63,470 nucleotides of DNA, filler included, from Reticulomyxa filosa (GCA_000512085.1; 22 parts of 22 records of this genome joined end to end with filler, not necessarily neighbours in it), one strand, 5' to 3'. Counted from the whole stretch's first letter, positions 38,316-52,384 are shown. Numbers and translations are program-made. Notes: generated from the letters alone by a model not told the origin.

Positions 38316-39707
38316 ATGCAAAAGAAATCATCAACATCCGAGGCGAAAAAAAATGCAAAAAAGAATGCAACTGCTCCTTCCCTAATTCAACCCCAACAGA
38401 AGAAATTTCAGCGTTTTGAGGGCAGTACACTGTTCCGTCACCGGTTGGTGCTTGCGACACTGACGCACAAGAGCATAGAAATAGACAACATACGACTGCA
38501 CGGTTCAGCGGATGAAAGTGGCAGCGACGAAAAGAACGAAGCAGACAAAGAGACAAGAAATAAGCCAGGAATAACCGATTATGAACTAAATTTCTTGCGT
38601 TTGCTCGATCGAATAACAAACGGATCGTATATTGAGATCAACGAGACGGCGACCAATGTGAAATATATCCCCGGGACGCTGACCGGATGTACGAAGCATA
38701 TAATCCACCAATGCAGTTTGAATCGCGGAGTGACCTATTGGTTGGAGCCGTTGTTGTATCTGCTGCCATTCAGCAAAGAGCAAACCAACGTAATCACATT
38801 GCAGGGCACGACGTATCATGAATTGGATGTAAGCATCGACGTCATTCGCGGTGTGTTGCTGCCAATAATTAAGAGGCAATTTGGGATGACGGACATTCGC
38901 ATTCAATTGACTCGCAGAAGCTTGCCACCTTCGGGAGGTAATTCTTACATAGGGACAAAGGGGGGGGGGGGAAAATACATTATATCAATACGATTTGATA
39001 TTGAATTTTTTAAACGAAACGTTAAACATATATAAATACGTATACATATAACATTTAAAAAAAAAAAAAAAGGAGGAGAAGTGACCATTACAATTCCAAT
39101 AGTAAAACAATTACGAACCATTGATATGTTGGATGTCGGAATGATTAAACGTATTCGTGGGCTGTGCTATACAATTGCAATGGCTCCGACATTGGCCAAT
39201 CGTGTTCGAACAGAATGCAACAATGTGCTGTACAATTATATTAGTGACGTTTGGATTTTCAATGACAGCACCAAACGCCATGAACTGCAAAAACATGTAC
39301 CCAAACTTTATAAGGACAAAATTAGCGCGGGCTATGGGCTCTCATTGATCGCCGAAAGTACCAATGGCATTTTGCTTTCTGTGCACGCACAACACAAAAC
39401 GGATGCTGATATGACGGCGGAAGAATTTGGCCAATACGTCAGCAAATTGTTATTGCAAGAGATTTCATACGGTGGCACTGTCGATACCACACTGCAGAGC
39501 ATTATACTCATTTTCATGACATTGTGCACTGAAGACGTCAGTCGCGTCCGTTTGGGACGAATGACCAAACACACAGTCCATATTTTGAGATTACTCAAAG
39601 ACATGCTTGGCGTCACTTTTAAACTGAAAGAAGATTCCGAAACAGGGACCATTTTTGCTTCGTGTATGGGAATCGGCTTTTCCAATGTTTGGAGACAAGC
39701 CTCGTAG
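38316..39707 (+). CDS. RCL1: RNA 3'-terminal phosphate cyclase-like protein Rcl1 (40S biogenesis)
   Basis: FEGSTLFRHRLVLATLT..PGITDYELNFLRLLDRITNGS. Intron 38938-39072 restores PPSGGGEV. C-terminus SCMGIGFSN. Confidence 0.94.
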
Positions 39708-40360
39708 TGCTTGTAACACAAAATTTAATTTGGCTTCCATTCTTTCGTGCTTATCTAATTGCATTTCTGCTTTTGCGGCAATTTAATATACGATCACATG
39801 TATTATTGTTTTTTATTTTTGAAATTATTTGAAACTAATTGAGTAAAACAGACAATTTCACATTCCTTTTTTTTAAGAAACATTACACTTTCTAATGTCA
39901 ACAAACTTTTATTTGTCAAACACATTATGGCTAAGCAAAATTTAAGCTTTAAGGCTTCCGTCTCAGTAAAATTTAAAATTGTATTTATAATATGTTTTTC
40001 AATAACAAAAATTTCTTGTTTATAACATTACCATTTACACTATACATAGGCAAAAGGCATGAATATTTTATCAAAAGGGTAGCTTTTTTTAGTCTTAGCC
40101 ACTCGCTCTTGTAATATTTTTTGTGAAAAAGATAAATTCGAATTTTGCAGTAGTAAACAATAACAAAATTGCAACCATCTGAAGATGAAAGCAAGTTTGT
40201 AAACGTTTGTTTTGAGGTCAATAAAAGTAAACCATGTTGCCATGTTGATTTTGGCAATAATTGTAAATAGTGACGATAAAAAAAACATCAACTTGTTTTT
40301 CTTCTATTTGCTTCTCCCTTCTCCCCCCCTTCCATACAAAATGTAATTAGTTTATTTTAA

Positions 40361-42028
40361 TTAGCCGAAAGAATAGTCACCAAAGTGGCTCCATTGACCT
40401 TTTTCTCGGAAGTGTTTGTTTAACATGGACAAATCAAATAGATGTCTCATAGTTGGGCGTCTGTACAAAAACAAAAAAAAGCGATTTCTCTGATAGTAAC
40501 AAAAAAAGAGTAAAAAAGAAATATAAAGTTGTAAGAAAACCCGTGGGGACAGTGCCATGGTTCGTCTAATGCACTCATATGCTCGACAATTTGTTTCATC
40601 TGTTTGTGTGTCAGCGCAGTTCCGATCATTATAGCAGTTCGACAAGCCTTTGAAGCAAAAATTTGCCGAGTCTTCGATGGTCGAATCATATGTTCGCGAT
40701 TGAAGCGATTTTTTTTAATTTTTTTTTTAAGGGATGGGTCATTTGTCGCAGAGACGACAGGATCGACATCTCCTTCATCAGGCGTTGTTGTGGCCATCTG
40801 TGTATGTATGGAGTCTTCGCACAATAAACTGGCCAATTCATGCACATCATCCACGGTGAAGTTGTTATGGTTTAAGGAAAGGGGGATGGAAGCGAGTTGG
40901 ACTCGTTTCATGGTTGGTCGATCCAAATCGATTTTGAATTGAAAGCCATTGGCCTCAAAAATGTCTTTGTTTTCAATTATTGCAAGTTCTTCTTGAACAG
41001 TCAACTCCAATGATTTTGGCTTTTTTTGTATATTATAACAATAATGGAATCAGTAATGGATTGTCAATAAAAAAAAAAAAAAAAAAGCATACATAAGCAG
41101 TGCTTGCGATTGAATGACGTGATATTTAACAAATTGTTCAAAGCGATACTTTTCATCAGTAGCATGTTGGTCAATGATAAACACGTTATTTTTCAACTTT
41201 GCAATGATGAATCTGTACAAACAAAGTATGACCACATAAAAATTAAACAGTATATGAGACGACAAAATATTTTTTTGTTGTTGTTGTTGTTGCTCTTTTA
41301 ACCCAAGATTAAATTGGCCGATAATGTCCATATTCACAGCATCCTTCTTATCAAATATGACCATTAACTTTTGTTCCGCATCGGCGTCAGCATTTGGATC
41401 ATCATTGGAGTCAGTCCATTCATTGATTTCGTGAACAACATCTTTTTTACATGACTCATCAAAAGATAATTTGACATTGTTATTAATATTATTAATATTA
41501 TTATTATTATTATTAATATTATTATTATCGTCGTTGTCGAAATAATCCTCTTTCATAACATATGTAGCTCTCATTTGAATCAAGTCCTTGAAGGCATTTT
41601 GAAATGCGTCCATATCGAAATCCAAGTGGACTTGGGTTTGCGTGATTTCCAAGTTGCGTTTTGGAACGGCGGGTTCGTCTTCGCAAAACTTGAGAAACGA
41701 CGGAACCGGGACGTACATATCCTCGTCATCACTTTGCGTATCCGTCGTTTCCGATGGTTGAGTCGTGTGTTCCATTTCGCGGAATGTCCTCTTTCTCGAC
41801 TTTGTGTTTTGGGCGACGCTGCATACACGACTGCTATCCGACTGATTCAGATGGAGTGTTGTTGATTTGGTGGGTGTTGACATCACATTTGAATTGGAAT
41901 TGGAATTGGAATTGGAATTGGAATTGGAATTGGAATTGGAATTGAATTGTAGAAATTGGAAATTGCACTTGTATTTACATTGGTATTTACAATAGGTTTG
42001 GATGGTGTCGACGTCGATAATAATGACA

Positions 42029-42060
<32 letters not shown>

Positions 42061-42064
42061 ATAG
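40361..42064 (-). CDS. PMS2: MutL-family mismatch-repair endonuclease PMS2 (yeast Pms1), C-terminal half
   Basis: IIGQFNLG|FII, DQHATDEKYRFE [DQHA(X)2E(X)4E], ASKACRTAIMIG and PWHCPHG|RPTMRHL, joined across GT..AG introns. Confidence 0.95.
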
Positions 42065-42164
42065 NNNNNNNNNNNNNNNNNNNNNNNNNNNNNNNNNNNN
42101 NNNNNNNNTTAATTAATTAANNNNNNNNNNNNNNNNNNNNNNNNNNNNNNNNNNNNNNNNNNNN

Positions 42165-42652
42165 TGACAAAACGCTGCGATGACAAGAGCAATCAAATGG
42201 AAACAGCGAACAACAATATATCCAAAACGACATCTGAAGCACCCAATTTTCATGTTTGTATTGTTAGTGGACACAATAGCTACCATAGTAGTATTAGCGG
42301 CGGCGGTGGCGGTGGCAATAGCCTTGGGTTGGTCATACCCTCCGAGTTGTTGTACCTCCCCACATCCACATTTCTTCCGCAAGTCGCAAAGGCTACACTG
42401 TTGGCCACGGGTGGTGAGCTTGACTGCAATACAAATGCTCCTCCATTCAAGAAACGAAGAATAGACAATGGATGGGTGGTTACTAAATGCGAAAAGAGGG
42501 ACAAAGTTGAGGAACTTCAGAACCATGACACAAAGGATGATGTCATTGTCACTGGATTATCTGCGTCGCCATTGGTAAATATTGTCCCAATTGATTTGGT
42601 TTCGGGCGTTACTGTCTCTTCACAGTCCTCGTTTCGGCGTTCTTTGATCTAA
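42165..42652 (+). CDS. 3' end of an unknown protein with an NLS-like motif
   Basis: Open frame from the contig start to a stop at 42652, coding-like composition, PPFKKRRI. Confidence 0.4.
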
Positions 42653-43386
42653 GCTTGTCAAGTGTTTTTGTGTAAATGTTTGTTGTTGAAAATAATTCTT
42701 TTCTTTTTAATCATGTTGCAATCAATCCAAACCGAATGCAGGAAAATAAGAGGTACTTTACATCTTTCCTTTGACCGTGCACAAGACCAATTCACAAAGA
42801 CTTTGTGGTTTTATATCCTTTTTTTTTATTACATCTGCAACTTACACTGTTCAACATAGCGAAAAAACAAAAATAAATATTGATCCTTTCATTCACAATG
42901 TTCGTCAAAAAAATTAACCTATTAGATTTTCTTGACAAAAAACCAAGACTTTAAAAATATCGATATTGGAACATTCTACAAATGGACCAAAAAGGACTCA
43001 AAGTTCGGTCGAAATATTCTCTGAAAACACGAGACAAATAACCTAAAAACCAAGTTTTCGTATACTATAAAATTATGAAAAAGCGCAACAATTTACAATT
43101 TTTTGATTAAATTTCTTCTTTGTTGAAAATCATATGACAATGGATCTTTTGTATATTCATATCAATCTGTAATTTCCTGTGTGCACGAATACAACAAATC
43201 AATGCCAGAGAAAATCTTTGTATAATCTGAATTTGGTTAGAAAGTGCAATATTTTGTCTCTATAACCGAAAGCAGTATTTACTGTCAAAAGCGATTAACC
43301 AACTTAGTAAAGACATTGTCTTTCGTGTTGTACAGTTAAAGTACCGAACTTTCTTTTGTTTTTCCCTGAATAATTCTATTATCACG

Positions 43387-46300
43387 ATGAGGCAAAAAGG
43401 GAAAAAGAGACCATTAACCAATTCCTTCAAAAAATCAGATCCACACGCAAAGAAGCAAAGACTATCTCCCCAAGAATTTGCAAAAACACGATATAAGGCC
43501 AAGCATCCTTTTAAGTCCACACTCGAAAAGAAGCAACCATTGATTCTAAGAAAACCGCAGGCTGAAAGCCGAACAAATTCAAGAAAAATTGAAAGGGATG
43601 AGCCAAACAAAACAGGGCGACTCACAAAAAAAGAACGACAAGATCGTAAAAGAGAACAGCAAAAGAAAAAGCCACAAGGAGAGGTTAAGAAAACTTATAA
43701 AAAAAAACAAAAAAGAAAAATTGCGCTTTACCGCAATTTCCTGAAAATATCAAAGTGCACATACAAACTTGACAGATTCGGACACAATTAAATATGATGG
43801 TGGGACAAAAGCGATTAAAAAAATCAGAAAAGAAAAGTACAAATTGAAGAAGTAAAGGAAATATTAGATACTGTGCGTGGGAACGTGTTGAATTTAGTCA
43901 AATCACGCGAGCCAGCCAAGTTTAGTGACACAATAGCCAATTATATATATTTTTTTTGGATAGACATAAGTGAATGAGCAAAAATGAATGGCAATAAACA
44001 ATGTTAGAGCGTTGCAAAGAGTGATAAAATACGGAGCACCAGAGAACTTGCTTGAAATTGCTAAAGAAATGAAAGGACACTATTGCGAATTAGTGTGTGG
44101 CAATTATGCTCGGTTCACTGTACAGAGATTGCTCGAGTTTGGAAGAGAAGTGAAAATGAAGAGTGAGAGAGAGAGGACAAGAGACAAATGAAATAACATA
44201 AGAGATTTTAAAATATTTTTTTGTGTGTATTGGAACATTGTTTGTTTATTCCTGAATCATTGCCACGATTTGTTAATAAATAAATAATAACAAATGAAAA
44301 GGTACGGCAAAGAAGATGTTAAAAAAATAATTGTGGAGGAGTTAATGAAAAATGTTGCACGCTTGATTATTCACCGCTTGGCTTCCACAGTGGTGGATTA
44401 CGCAATTATGACTTCAGATGAAGTGACGCGTAGAAAGGCAATCCAACTTATCGTCTCACGCAAATTTTTGGTGCTGGAAGCAAATGAGACTGAAACTGAG
44501 ACGAAACAACCAACTGTCAAAACGGAAAAGCCAGCGAACCAAGAAAGTAACAACACAACCCAGTCTATAGAGGACTTTTTAAATGATGATGCTTCTGAAG
44601 ACAAACCAGTGAATACTTTGAATGAGATCACAGACGATAGTACAAATAAAACAATTCCACAATCGATTGAAACGATCTTAGTTAATAGTGACACTGTCGA
44701 AAGAAAACATATTATGGCTAATATGTACCGATTTATTATTACAGGTATTGAAAAAGATATGATGTCTACGGGAGTATTTCAAACTATTTTATATCAAGTT
44801 TACCTTCAATTTATATTGTATATATAATATTAAACCCTAGGCTCGTTCTTTTTTTTTTTTTACTTGTAACATATGAAACATCATTTTAATTAGCTAATTA
44901 TTGAAATGACAATCTTTCTTGTATGAATAAACAGTACTTGAATTATTGTACCCGTCATGAGCTGGAAACTATGTTGGAGTTGTGTATAGTTCCAAATGTG
45001 ATGCAATTACAAAATGTGAAAGAGGGATCTTATGCAATAATGCATGCACTTGATCAGTGCTATTACAAAAGTCAACTCCGCAAGCTATTACTCAAGGCCT
45101 GCCATCATTTCATTGTCCCAATGTCTTGTGATAAGGACGGCTATCTTGTCGTCGTTCGCTTCCTGGAAGTCTTTGATGACACTAAGCAACTCGGCCAATT
45201 AATTATCAAAAAACTACTCACAAACCTCGATATCTTATGTTTTCATGATTTTGGAAGATTAGTACTGCTTCATTTGCTGTGTCCGCGAGATGGAAAACAC
45301 TTCAAAGAAGAGTTCAATACGCTTTGTCCAGTTTAGATAAAAAATATCAAACAACAAATACATACACACATAACAATAGCAACAAGAGCAAATCAAGATA
45401 AACATAATAATGATAACTCAGATACCAGTGACTGAAAAAGAATTCCAAATCAAACATCAAAACACGCCTGGAATTGATTTTAATAATCCAACTACTTGGA
45501 TCAAGCTAAAAGTCAGCGAAAGGCCATCATGTAAAAAAGAAGGAGTAGTAAGAAGAAAGGAATTACTCCAAGCGTTTATTCCTGGAATTGTTAAGTATTG
45601 TCGCGAAAATATGAAGAAATTGTTGATCCATGCATTGGGTGGCACAATTGTGATTGAAGTTCTCCATTTATTTTTTTTTTTTCTCTTTTGGGGCTAAAAA
45701 AAAAATCAATATTTTCACATAATAGGTACTGCGCTTGTTGTTACATGGAAGTGATTTGGTTCCAAAATCGAAAGAACTCACGGAACAATTTATCACTTCT
45801 CTTTTGAAAACGACATTATCAGATACAGTTCCCAAAGAAAAAAGCCCTGCTCCTCCTCTTCCTGAAAAGCCAGCTATTCTGCAAAAATCAAGTCAAGGAG
45901 TACAAATTAATGACATAATTCGATCAAGTCTATCAAATCTCAAATCGGGCCCCACGCACCAAGACGACGCCGCAGAAACAAATGAAGAACACCCCCAGGA
46001 CGAAAAAATAAACGAAAACATTGACGAGGAAGGAGACCAAGCAAAACCAAAAAAAACCCCACTTACCGATGAAGAAATGATTGCCAGTGCCCAGTATCAA
46101 ACAGAAATGTTGCAGTACAGTGTTAATATGCATCGTCATAAAACACTCAATTATGATTATGATACTTCGACTCCTGTCATGTTTCACGGGTTGGGACGTC
46201 GAAGGTTAGTAAAGGCTATAGAAATGTTTGAAGAATTACACAGCAAAGTATGCGACTATATCATCCAGATGGACACAAGCAGTATTATATCGTTAGTTGA

Positions 46301-46531
46301 ATCTCCAGGAGTTTATGTGTTTTGTGGATTATTTCAACATTCTGAAAATGAATCCATTAAATCACAACTTCAGGAAAAACTCAAACCCATTTTACAAACT
46401 GTAAGTAAAAAACATAACAAAGAAGATCTGGAGAAGCAAAAGGGATTGGTTACTTTGATTGGGTATGTGCTGCATTAGAAAATTTAATAATGCAGGTCTA
46501 TATAACTTATCTCAGAAGTTTGAAAGGTTGA
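43387..46531 (+). CDS. PUM3: Nucleolar Pumilio-repeat protein PUM3/Puf6 (CPL domain), multi-exon
   Basis: Basic N-terminus; RALQRVIKYG..YARFTVQRLLE|YGKEDVKK..LIIHRLASTVVDYA; EVFDDTK..FGRLVLLHLLCPRD; SCKKEGVVRRKELL (CPL). Last exon uncertain (stop at 46478 or 46531). Confidence 0.88.
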
Positions 46532-49500
46532 CTTAAACATTTTGAGACACTTTAACAAACTTAAAGAAAAGTATCATGAGGTGAATGAGGATCTGTATTA
46601 AAACATAGAATTAATAATTATTGAATTATGAAATGAGAGCGAAAATAACAAAAATTGACCTCAATTGGTTTATTAAAATATTTTCGTGTATTTGAGCATT
46701 GTCAAATCTTATTTTGTTTCTTGGCCACTGATTTTGTCTTTTTGTGTTCTCATTGCAAAAAGCTGTCCAGCGAATTTTTAAAAAGGTTTTGATTGTCAAA
46801 ATTTATTCAGATAAACAATCCATACCATCATTTCCAATTTTTTTTGGGTGAAATTTCATATCTCACTCCAATACCAGTTGTGAAAATAATCAAAATATAT
46901 CTTATTCTTTATCATTAATGCACATGAACATTTAATAACCTACCTGTTNNNNNNNNNNNNNNNNNNNNNNNNNNNNNNNNNNNNNNNNNNNNTTAATTAA
47001 TTAANNNNNNNNNNNNNNNNNNNNNNNNNNNNNNNNNNNNNNNNNNNNCAAAACTAAATGTTATTAACACCTACATAAATAAATATTGGTTGTAGGAGAA
47101 AAGTGCTTGATTTTAGATTTTTGAGCATCATTTGTCCTAAAGGTCTTTGTCAATTTTTGCTTTTTTCAAGATTTCTAGTTTCTAATATTTTGCTCTTTTT
47201 CTTCCATTTTTAGATATTTAAATGTTTGTTTTTTATTTGAAAGACTTTGTTCTTCAGCAAAAGTTCTTTATCAAATACAACGACAAGATTGTAAAAACAA
47301 ATTGTATGTCTATATAAGTTATGTTTCATTGTTGGCTCAGAAATGGTTAAACTTACTATAGTATTCAACATAAACTACAACTCTTTCTCAAGCCCTGCTT
47401 TTTGTACATTCAAATGCATTTTTTAAAATTTTTTAACTTAAACATTAACCTTTAGTTTTTTCATCAGACATTTTTTTATCGAATAATTAAATTGTATTAA
47501 AGCAAAAAAAGCAGATGAATAAACAATGTGCAAATGTACTTGTTTATCTTCAATAGCCCTTATGATTTAACAGACAAAACACTTTTTTTTGTCCATATTA
47601 CTTCACTAAAGTATGTATTCAATGCTTACTGTTATTTTGAAATAACAATTGAAAAACTACATGCCTTGTAAATCTTTTATAAGAAAATACTTTAAATTAA
47701 TCCGTTTTTTTAATGGAAAAAATTTATTATCTTTATAAGAGAGATTGATATCAATGATGTTTGGAAAAGGTTGTCAAATCCTAATTTTTTTTTAAACACT
47801 TTTTTATGCTACACGTTTTATTTTGTATTTTTTTGTAATCTCCAAAAGACGTAGATATGTTTAAAAAAAAAAAATTAGCTTTCTACCTTTCGTAGATAGT
47901 GAGATAAACAGTTGAGAGTTTACAACAAAAACGAAAATTAGTTAAATAAAGACAAAAAACAACAAAAAAGATTGACCCAACATCTTTAATATTAAAATTT
48001 TCAATAGCATTGTTTTGTATGTGGGTTTTCTGCTGCTGAAAAGATTGCACAAAATGTAATACGAAAGATTTGCTCTCGGTTTTAGTTTACAACAACAAAA
48101 CAAGTTAAATTAAATAACAAAAAACAAATGACAAGACAAGACCAAGTAACAAAACAAAGTGAAGTCGCACATTTTAATTTAATTTAATTTTTTGCTAAAA
48201 GGTTTTATCTAATTAATTATTCAACATTGAGAGTAAACAATTGATATGGAGGAAAAAGTGCATAAAAGAGATTGGAAAACAAATACATGTGTTCAAATTT
48301 CAGAAACTAAATTGCATTTATATCTTTCAAGACTTGATTTCTATTTGGAACTGTCACAGATTTGTCATGAAAGAATAGTTTGTTGCTGTTTCTAAAATAA
48401 CATATATATACTTTCAAAGCACTCGAATTATGGAATTATGACAAAGTGAAAATGAAAGACTATTCTCTTTTTCTGTTTTTTTATTTTTTGGTGAAGACTA
48501 CCGGAAACAAAAATAGAAGAAGCAATTGTATTGAGTTTGCAAAGATATGATTTTTGATGTGTGTATTTCTATCAAAAAACTAACTTCAATATACATTTCA
48601 TCAAATTCTTTCATGTAAAAAAGCACATACCAAGCCAAAAACGATTTTTTTTTTGTTGAAAAACATGCTATCCTGAATAATTTTCAAAAAAGAAGTGTGA
48701 TGGCAAGAAAATAATAGAGATATCTAACGAAAGCTTATTCTTATAAAAATAAAAAAAAAATATGCATTGAGATCCCCTTGATCTCGACAATGCGTTTCTC
48801 TACTTCTTATTTTATAAATCCAAGTTTACAAGTCTATTTATACTCTCCAACGTCAACACGTGCATGACACATTTTATAAGATATGAGTTTTGTACTTCTG
48901 TATTTGAAATTAAAAAAGTGTGTTATTGCGTTATTTGCTAACAATACATTGGAAAATTGGAAAAATTTGAGCAACAAAATAGAATATTACATGTGAAATT
49001 GATTGAAATATAAATCTGTTTACTCACTTTTTTTTATACTGTCTTCGAAGAAGAGCGTTTCTCTACACTTTCTTCACTCATGTTAATGAAGATTTAGGAC
49101 AAAAAAGCTAACTTAAACAAACTCATTCTTATTAATGAAGATTTTGGAAAAAAAAGTTAGCTTCAAAGCTTCGGAAAGCTATTTGTGGAAAAGCTACGTT
49201 TATTGGCACAAGTTTTTCGTGTTGAGACTTTGCACAAATTTTGGGACTGCACATTTACAGCCACATCTGTGCTAATACACAAAGCATGAACTCAGAAAAT
49301 GACTTTTTCCATTGTTATGAATACAATTGTTCAATAGATATACAATTATGTGCGTTAAAATATTCACTATTTGCAGTAGATAGTGGAACATTTAGTGAAG
49401 TTCGAATGTAATTTGTTTTGGATCATTAGAAAAAAATTGTTAATTAAATAGACTTTATTGTGCTTTTTCGAAACCAATTAAAAAAATACAAAACATATAT

Positions 49501-49740
49501 TCACTACAGTGCACTAGCTGCGTCAAATAAATTTAAAGATTCTATTCTTAATCATTGTTGCACCTTCTTCAGAAAGAAGCTTCTGTGTTTTTATTTTGAC
49601 ATTTAGAATTGGATTTTTATGTTTTTGAAAGAAAAATTTAAGCAATTTATAAATGAAATCTCAACAACGTATCAAAGGCACCTCTTTAGTAAGGCTCCAT
49701 TTTCAATCTTTTAGAAAGCTCATTGTCCTTCTGTGTAGAA

Positions 49741-50127
49741 ATGGCACGTCAGACTATGCATACATTTTCGTACAAGTCGCGAGAAGGAAAATTTTGTTTG
49801 AACGGAGGTAATACGTACGTAGATCAAGAAGCGTACTCAGGAAATAGTACTTATTACAATGATGAAACAGCTCAACATTTGAAAAATCAAGGACCGATTC
49901 CTGTTAATACTTGGAAAGTCACAGCAATTACAGACAAAAAGGGCAAACATACTCTTGTATTGGCTGAAGAGAATGTGAAAAACAGTTATGGACGAGATGG
50001 TTTTTTGATTCATGGTGATAATCAGAAAAAAAATCACACTGCGTCAGAGGGTTGTATTATTGTTGGCCCTACAATACGAAAACAAATTAAAAAAAATGAC
50101 TTGATAGAGGTTAATAACGACATTTGA
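49741..50127 (+). CDS. Tlde1/DUF2778-family L,D-transpeptidase-like peptidoglycan-modifying protein (128 aa, intronless)
   Basis: Ordered family motifs AYSG..YND..AQHLKNQGPIPVNTW..GKHTLVL..YGRDGFLIHGDN..HTASEGCII, with the catalytic His and the SxGC Cys present. ATG at 49741 (the ORF track starts at an upstream TTG). Confidence 0.88.
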   Translation: MARQTMHTFSYKSREGKFCLNGGNTYVDQEAYSGNSTYYNDETAQHLKNQGPIPVNTWKVTAITDKKGKHTLVLAEENVKNSYGRDGFLIHGDNQKKNHTASEGCIIVGPTIRKQIKKNDLIEVNNDI

Positions 50128-50352
50128 TGGAGTCCTTTTTTTTTATTTTTTAAGCACAGTTCACTCGTTTTTTGTTTTGGACCCACTCCGTGTTTGATGG
50201 CTCTATTTTTATTAGAACTATGTCTTCTCTTATGTCATAATTATCTTAAAAAGTTGTCTGCAAAAGAACATTTTATATACCTCCATATTTAACAAACAAA
50301 AATTTTTTTTTTTGGAGTAATTGCTTTAATGAAAAAAAGCAAATCCAATTGG

Positions 50353-50878
50353 CTTAATTTAAAGCAAAAAAAGATTATTAAATTGTAGTGAAAGCCTCAC
50401 TAATTACAGGAGAAGTTTTACTAGGAATGAAGAAACCTTTTCTCTCAACAACTTTCACTGTTTTTGTCTTTTTTGGCTCATTTAGACATAATATATTCCC
50501 AACTATACATGCTTTTTTTTTGTTAAAAAAAAGAAATGTGCAAAACAAATTTTTCTTTTTCTAAATGAAATAGAACTGAAAATTGCTTTGCCATACCATA
50601 CAATGTTTAGCATAATAACAAAGATTTCAATAGCATTTACAAAGATATTCTTTCACGATTTTGATTTTTTTTACAAATGCTTTTTTTTGTCATCAATATG
50701 TTTACCATTGTAATATGGGCATTTCACTTGTACAATATTTTTAACATTTTTTTATAATTTTTAAATAAAAATTCAATATTAAATATTGTTTACTTAATTT
50801 AAAACAAAAAAAGATTATTAAATTGTACTAGGAATGAGGAAACTTTTTTCTCTCAACAACTTTCACTGTTTTTATCTT
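50353..50878 (+). repeat. Imperfect direct repeat (50353-50470 and 50793-50878)
   Basis: Both copies read cttaatttaaa.caaaaaaagattattaaattgta...ctaggaatga.gaaac.ttttctctcaacaactttcactgttttt; the first has an extra internal segment. Confidence 0.85.
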
Positions 50879-51957
50879 CTTTTTTACTTTTTTGTCGAAA
50901 TCTCATTTAGTAAACACTTTTGTATTACACTTGGCGCTGCTTCCCATTCTTTCTACAAAATCAAAAAGAACAAACATGAATAGAAATTTATGTACACTTT
51001 ATCTGTCTACTTATCCAACTCATCAAAAATCTTTTGTAAATGTTAAAACTAACTAAACGAAAGTAAGAAAGCTTCTTTGTGTCAAAAGACGTTTTGGGGA
51101 GAAAAGGGAGTAGAAAATCATTCTACATATGATACAAGAAAGTAATCAAGTATTTTAATAATATATTCAATATTTATATTTTAATCCAAAAAACTTTGTT
51201 TTCGTTCTTAAAAAACTTGAAAGTGAATTTTTTTTTGCAAACTATTTCAAAAATAGAATATACAAATACTTCATGAGAAAAATTTGTGCCAAATCAATAT
51301 TTTTTCACCGGAATTTCACCTCTGTGCTTGCAATNNNNNNNNNNNNNNNNNNNNNNNNNNNNNNNNNNNNNNNNNNNNTTAATTAATTAANNNNNNNNNN
51401 NNNNNNNNNNNNNNNNNNNNNNNNNNNNNNNNNNTTTAAAAACTACAAGATTAGTAGATTATTTTTTTAAAAAAATTAGGTTTAAATCTTTATTTTTCAT
51501 GGAGAAAATCGATTCTTCATATAGTGCCATTTAGGTATGGCAGTTTTTTGCAATCTACTGTATAATGTTATTTTGGAAAATTTTAAAGGGTAAGAGAAAT
51601 AGTAAAAACAAATTCTATTTGTATATGTCGTCAGAATAATATGTTTCTTATTCTTGTAGCACGCTACCCTTTATCCAACTGTTTTTGAGTCTACATTTTG
51701 TAACATATGGTCCAAACGAATAACTAAAATAAAAAAGCGATATCTAGCTGTTTATCATAATTTTGTTCTTTTGTGTATTGAAAATATATCCATAACGAAC
51801 TCTTTGCAAGAAATCATATACTGTGTTTATTTTACTAATTATTTCTTTGGAGACAGTTTCAATTAAAAATAATAGCAGTACAAAGTTGGAAATTCTCTCA
51901 GTAACAAATTACCTTCAATACAATCATTAATTGTAATTTTCCTTTTAAATATAATCG

Positions 51958-52180
51958 ACAATTGCAAGTATTCAATGGACACATTGATGATGTTTGTAGT
52001 ATTGAAAAAATGATTTGTTTTTGAGATATTCCATCAAATAAGAATGAACTTTATTTGATCAAAGGAGGTCATGTAATATCATGTCTTACATTTTACAATT
52101 AAAAAATAAAGTAATGAAAATGACAACAATGATTATATTGATTGTAGTATTAATTTGTGTTGTGATATTTGTGTGTTGGC
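51958..52180 (+). pseudogene. Degenerate WD40-repeat gene remnant
   Basis: QLQVFNGHIDDVCSIE..F*DIPSNKNELYLIKGG..ISCL is homologous to 2862-3029 but has a stop and frameshifts. Confidence 0.7.
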
Positions 52181-52384
52181 TGTTTTATCGTTTTTCTTGC
52201 AACAAAAATTTTTGAATGATTTAATCTTTTTTTAGTGAGTCAAATCAACTAATTTTTTCGAATAATTAACATAACACTTTTGATTATCTTTTTTATTTCA
52301 ATATTATCATTGAAGATGTAGTCATCGTAATTGTTATCTTGGATATATTCAGAGTTGTATTTGTTGGTTTTGAAATATTCTGAA

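Noticed and set aside
41890-41945. (AATTGG)n as a telomere-like repeat
   Set aside because: It is internal and in frame with PMS2 on the minus strand, where it encodes (Asn-Ser)n.
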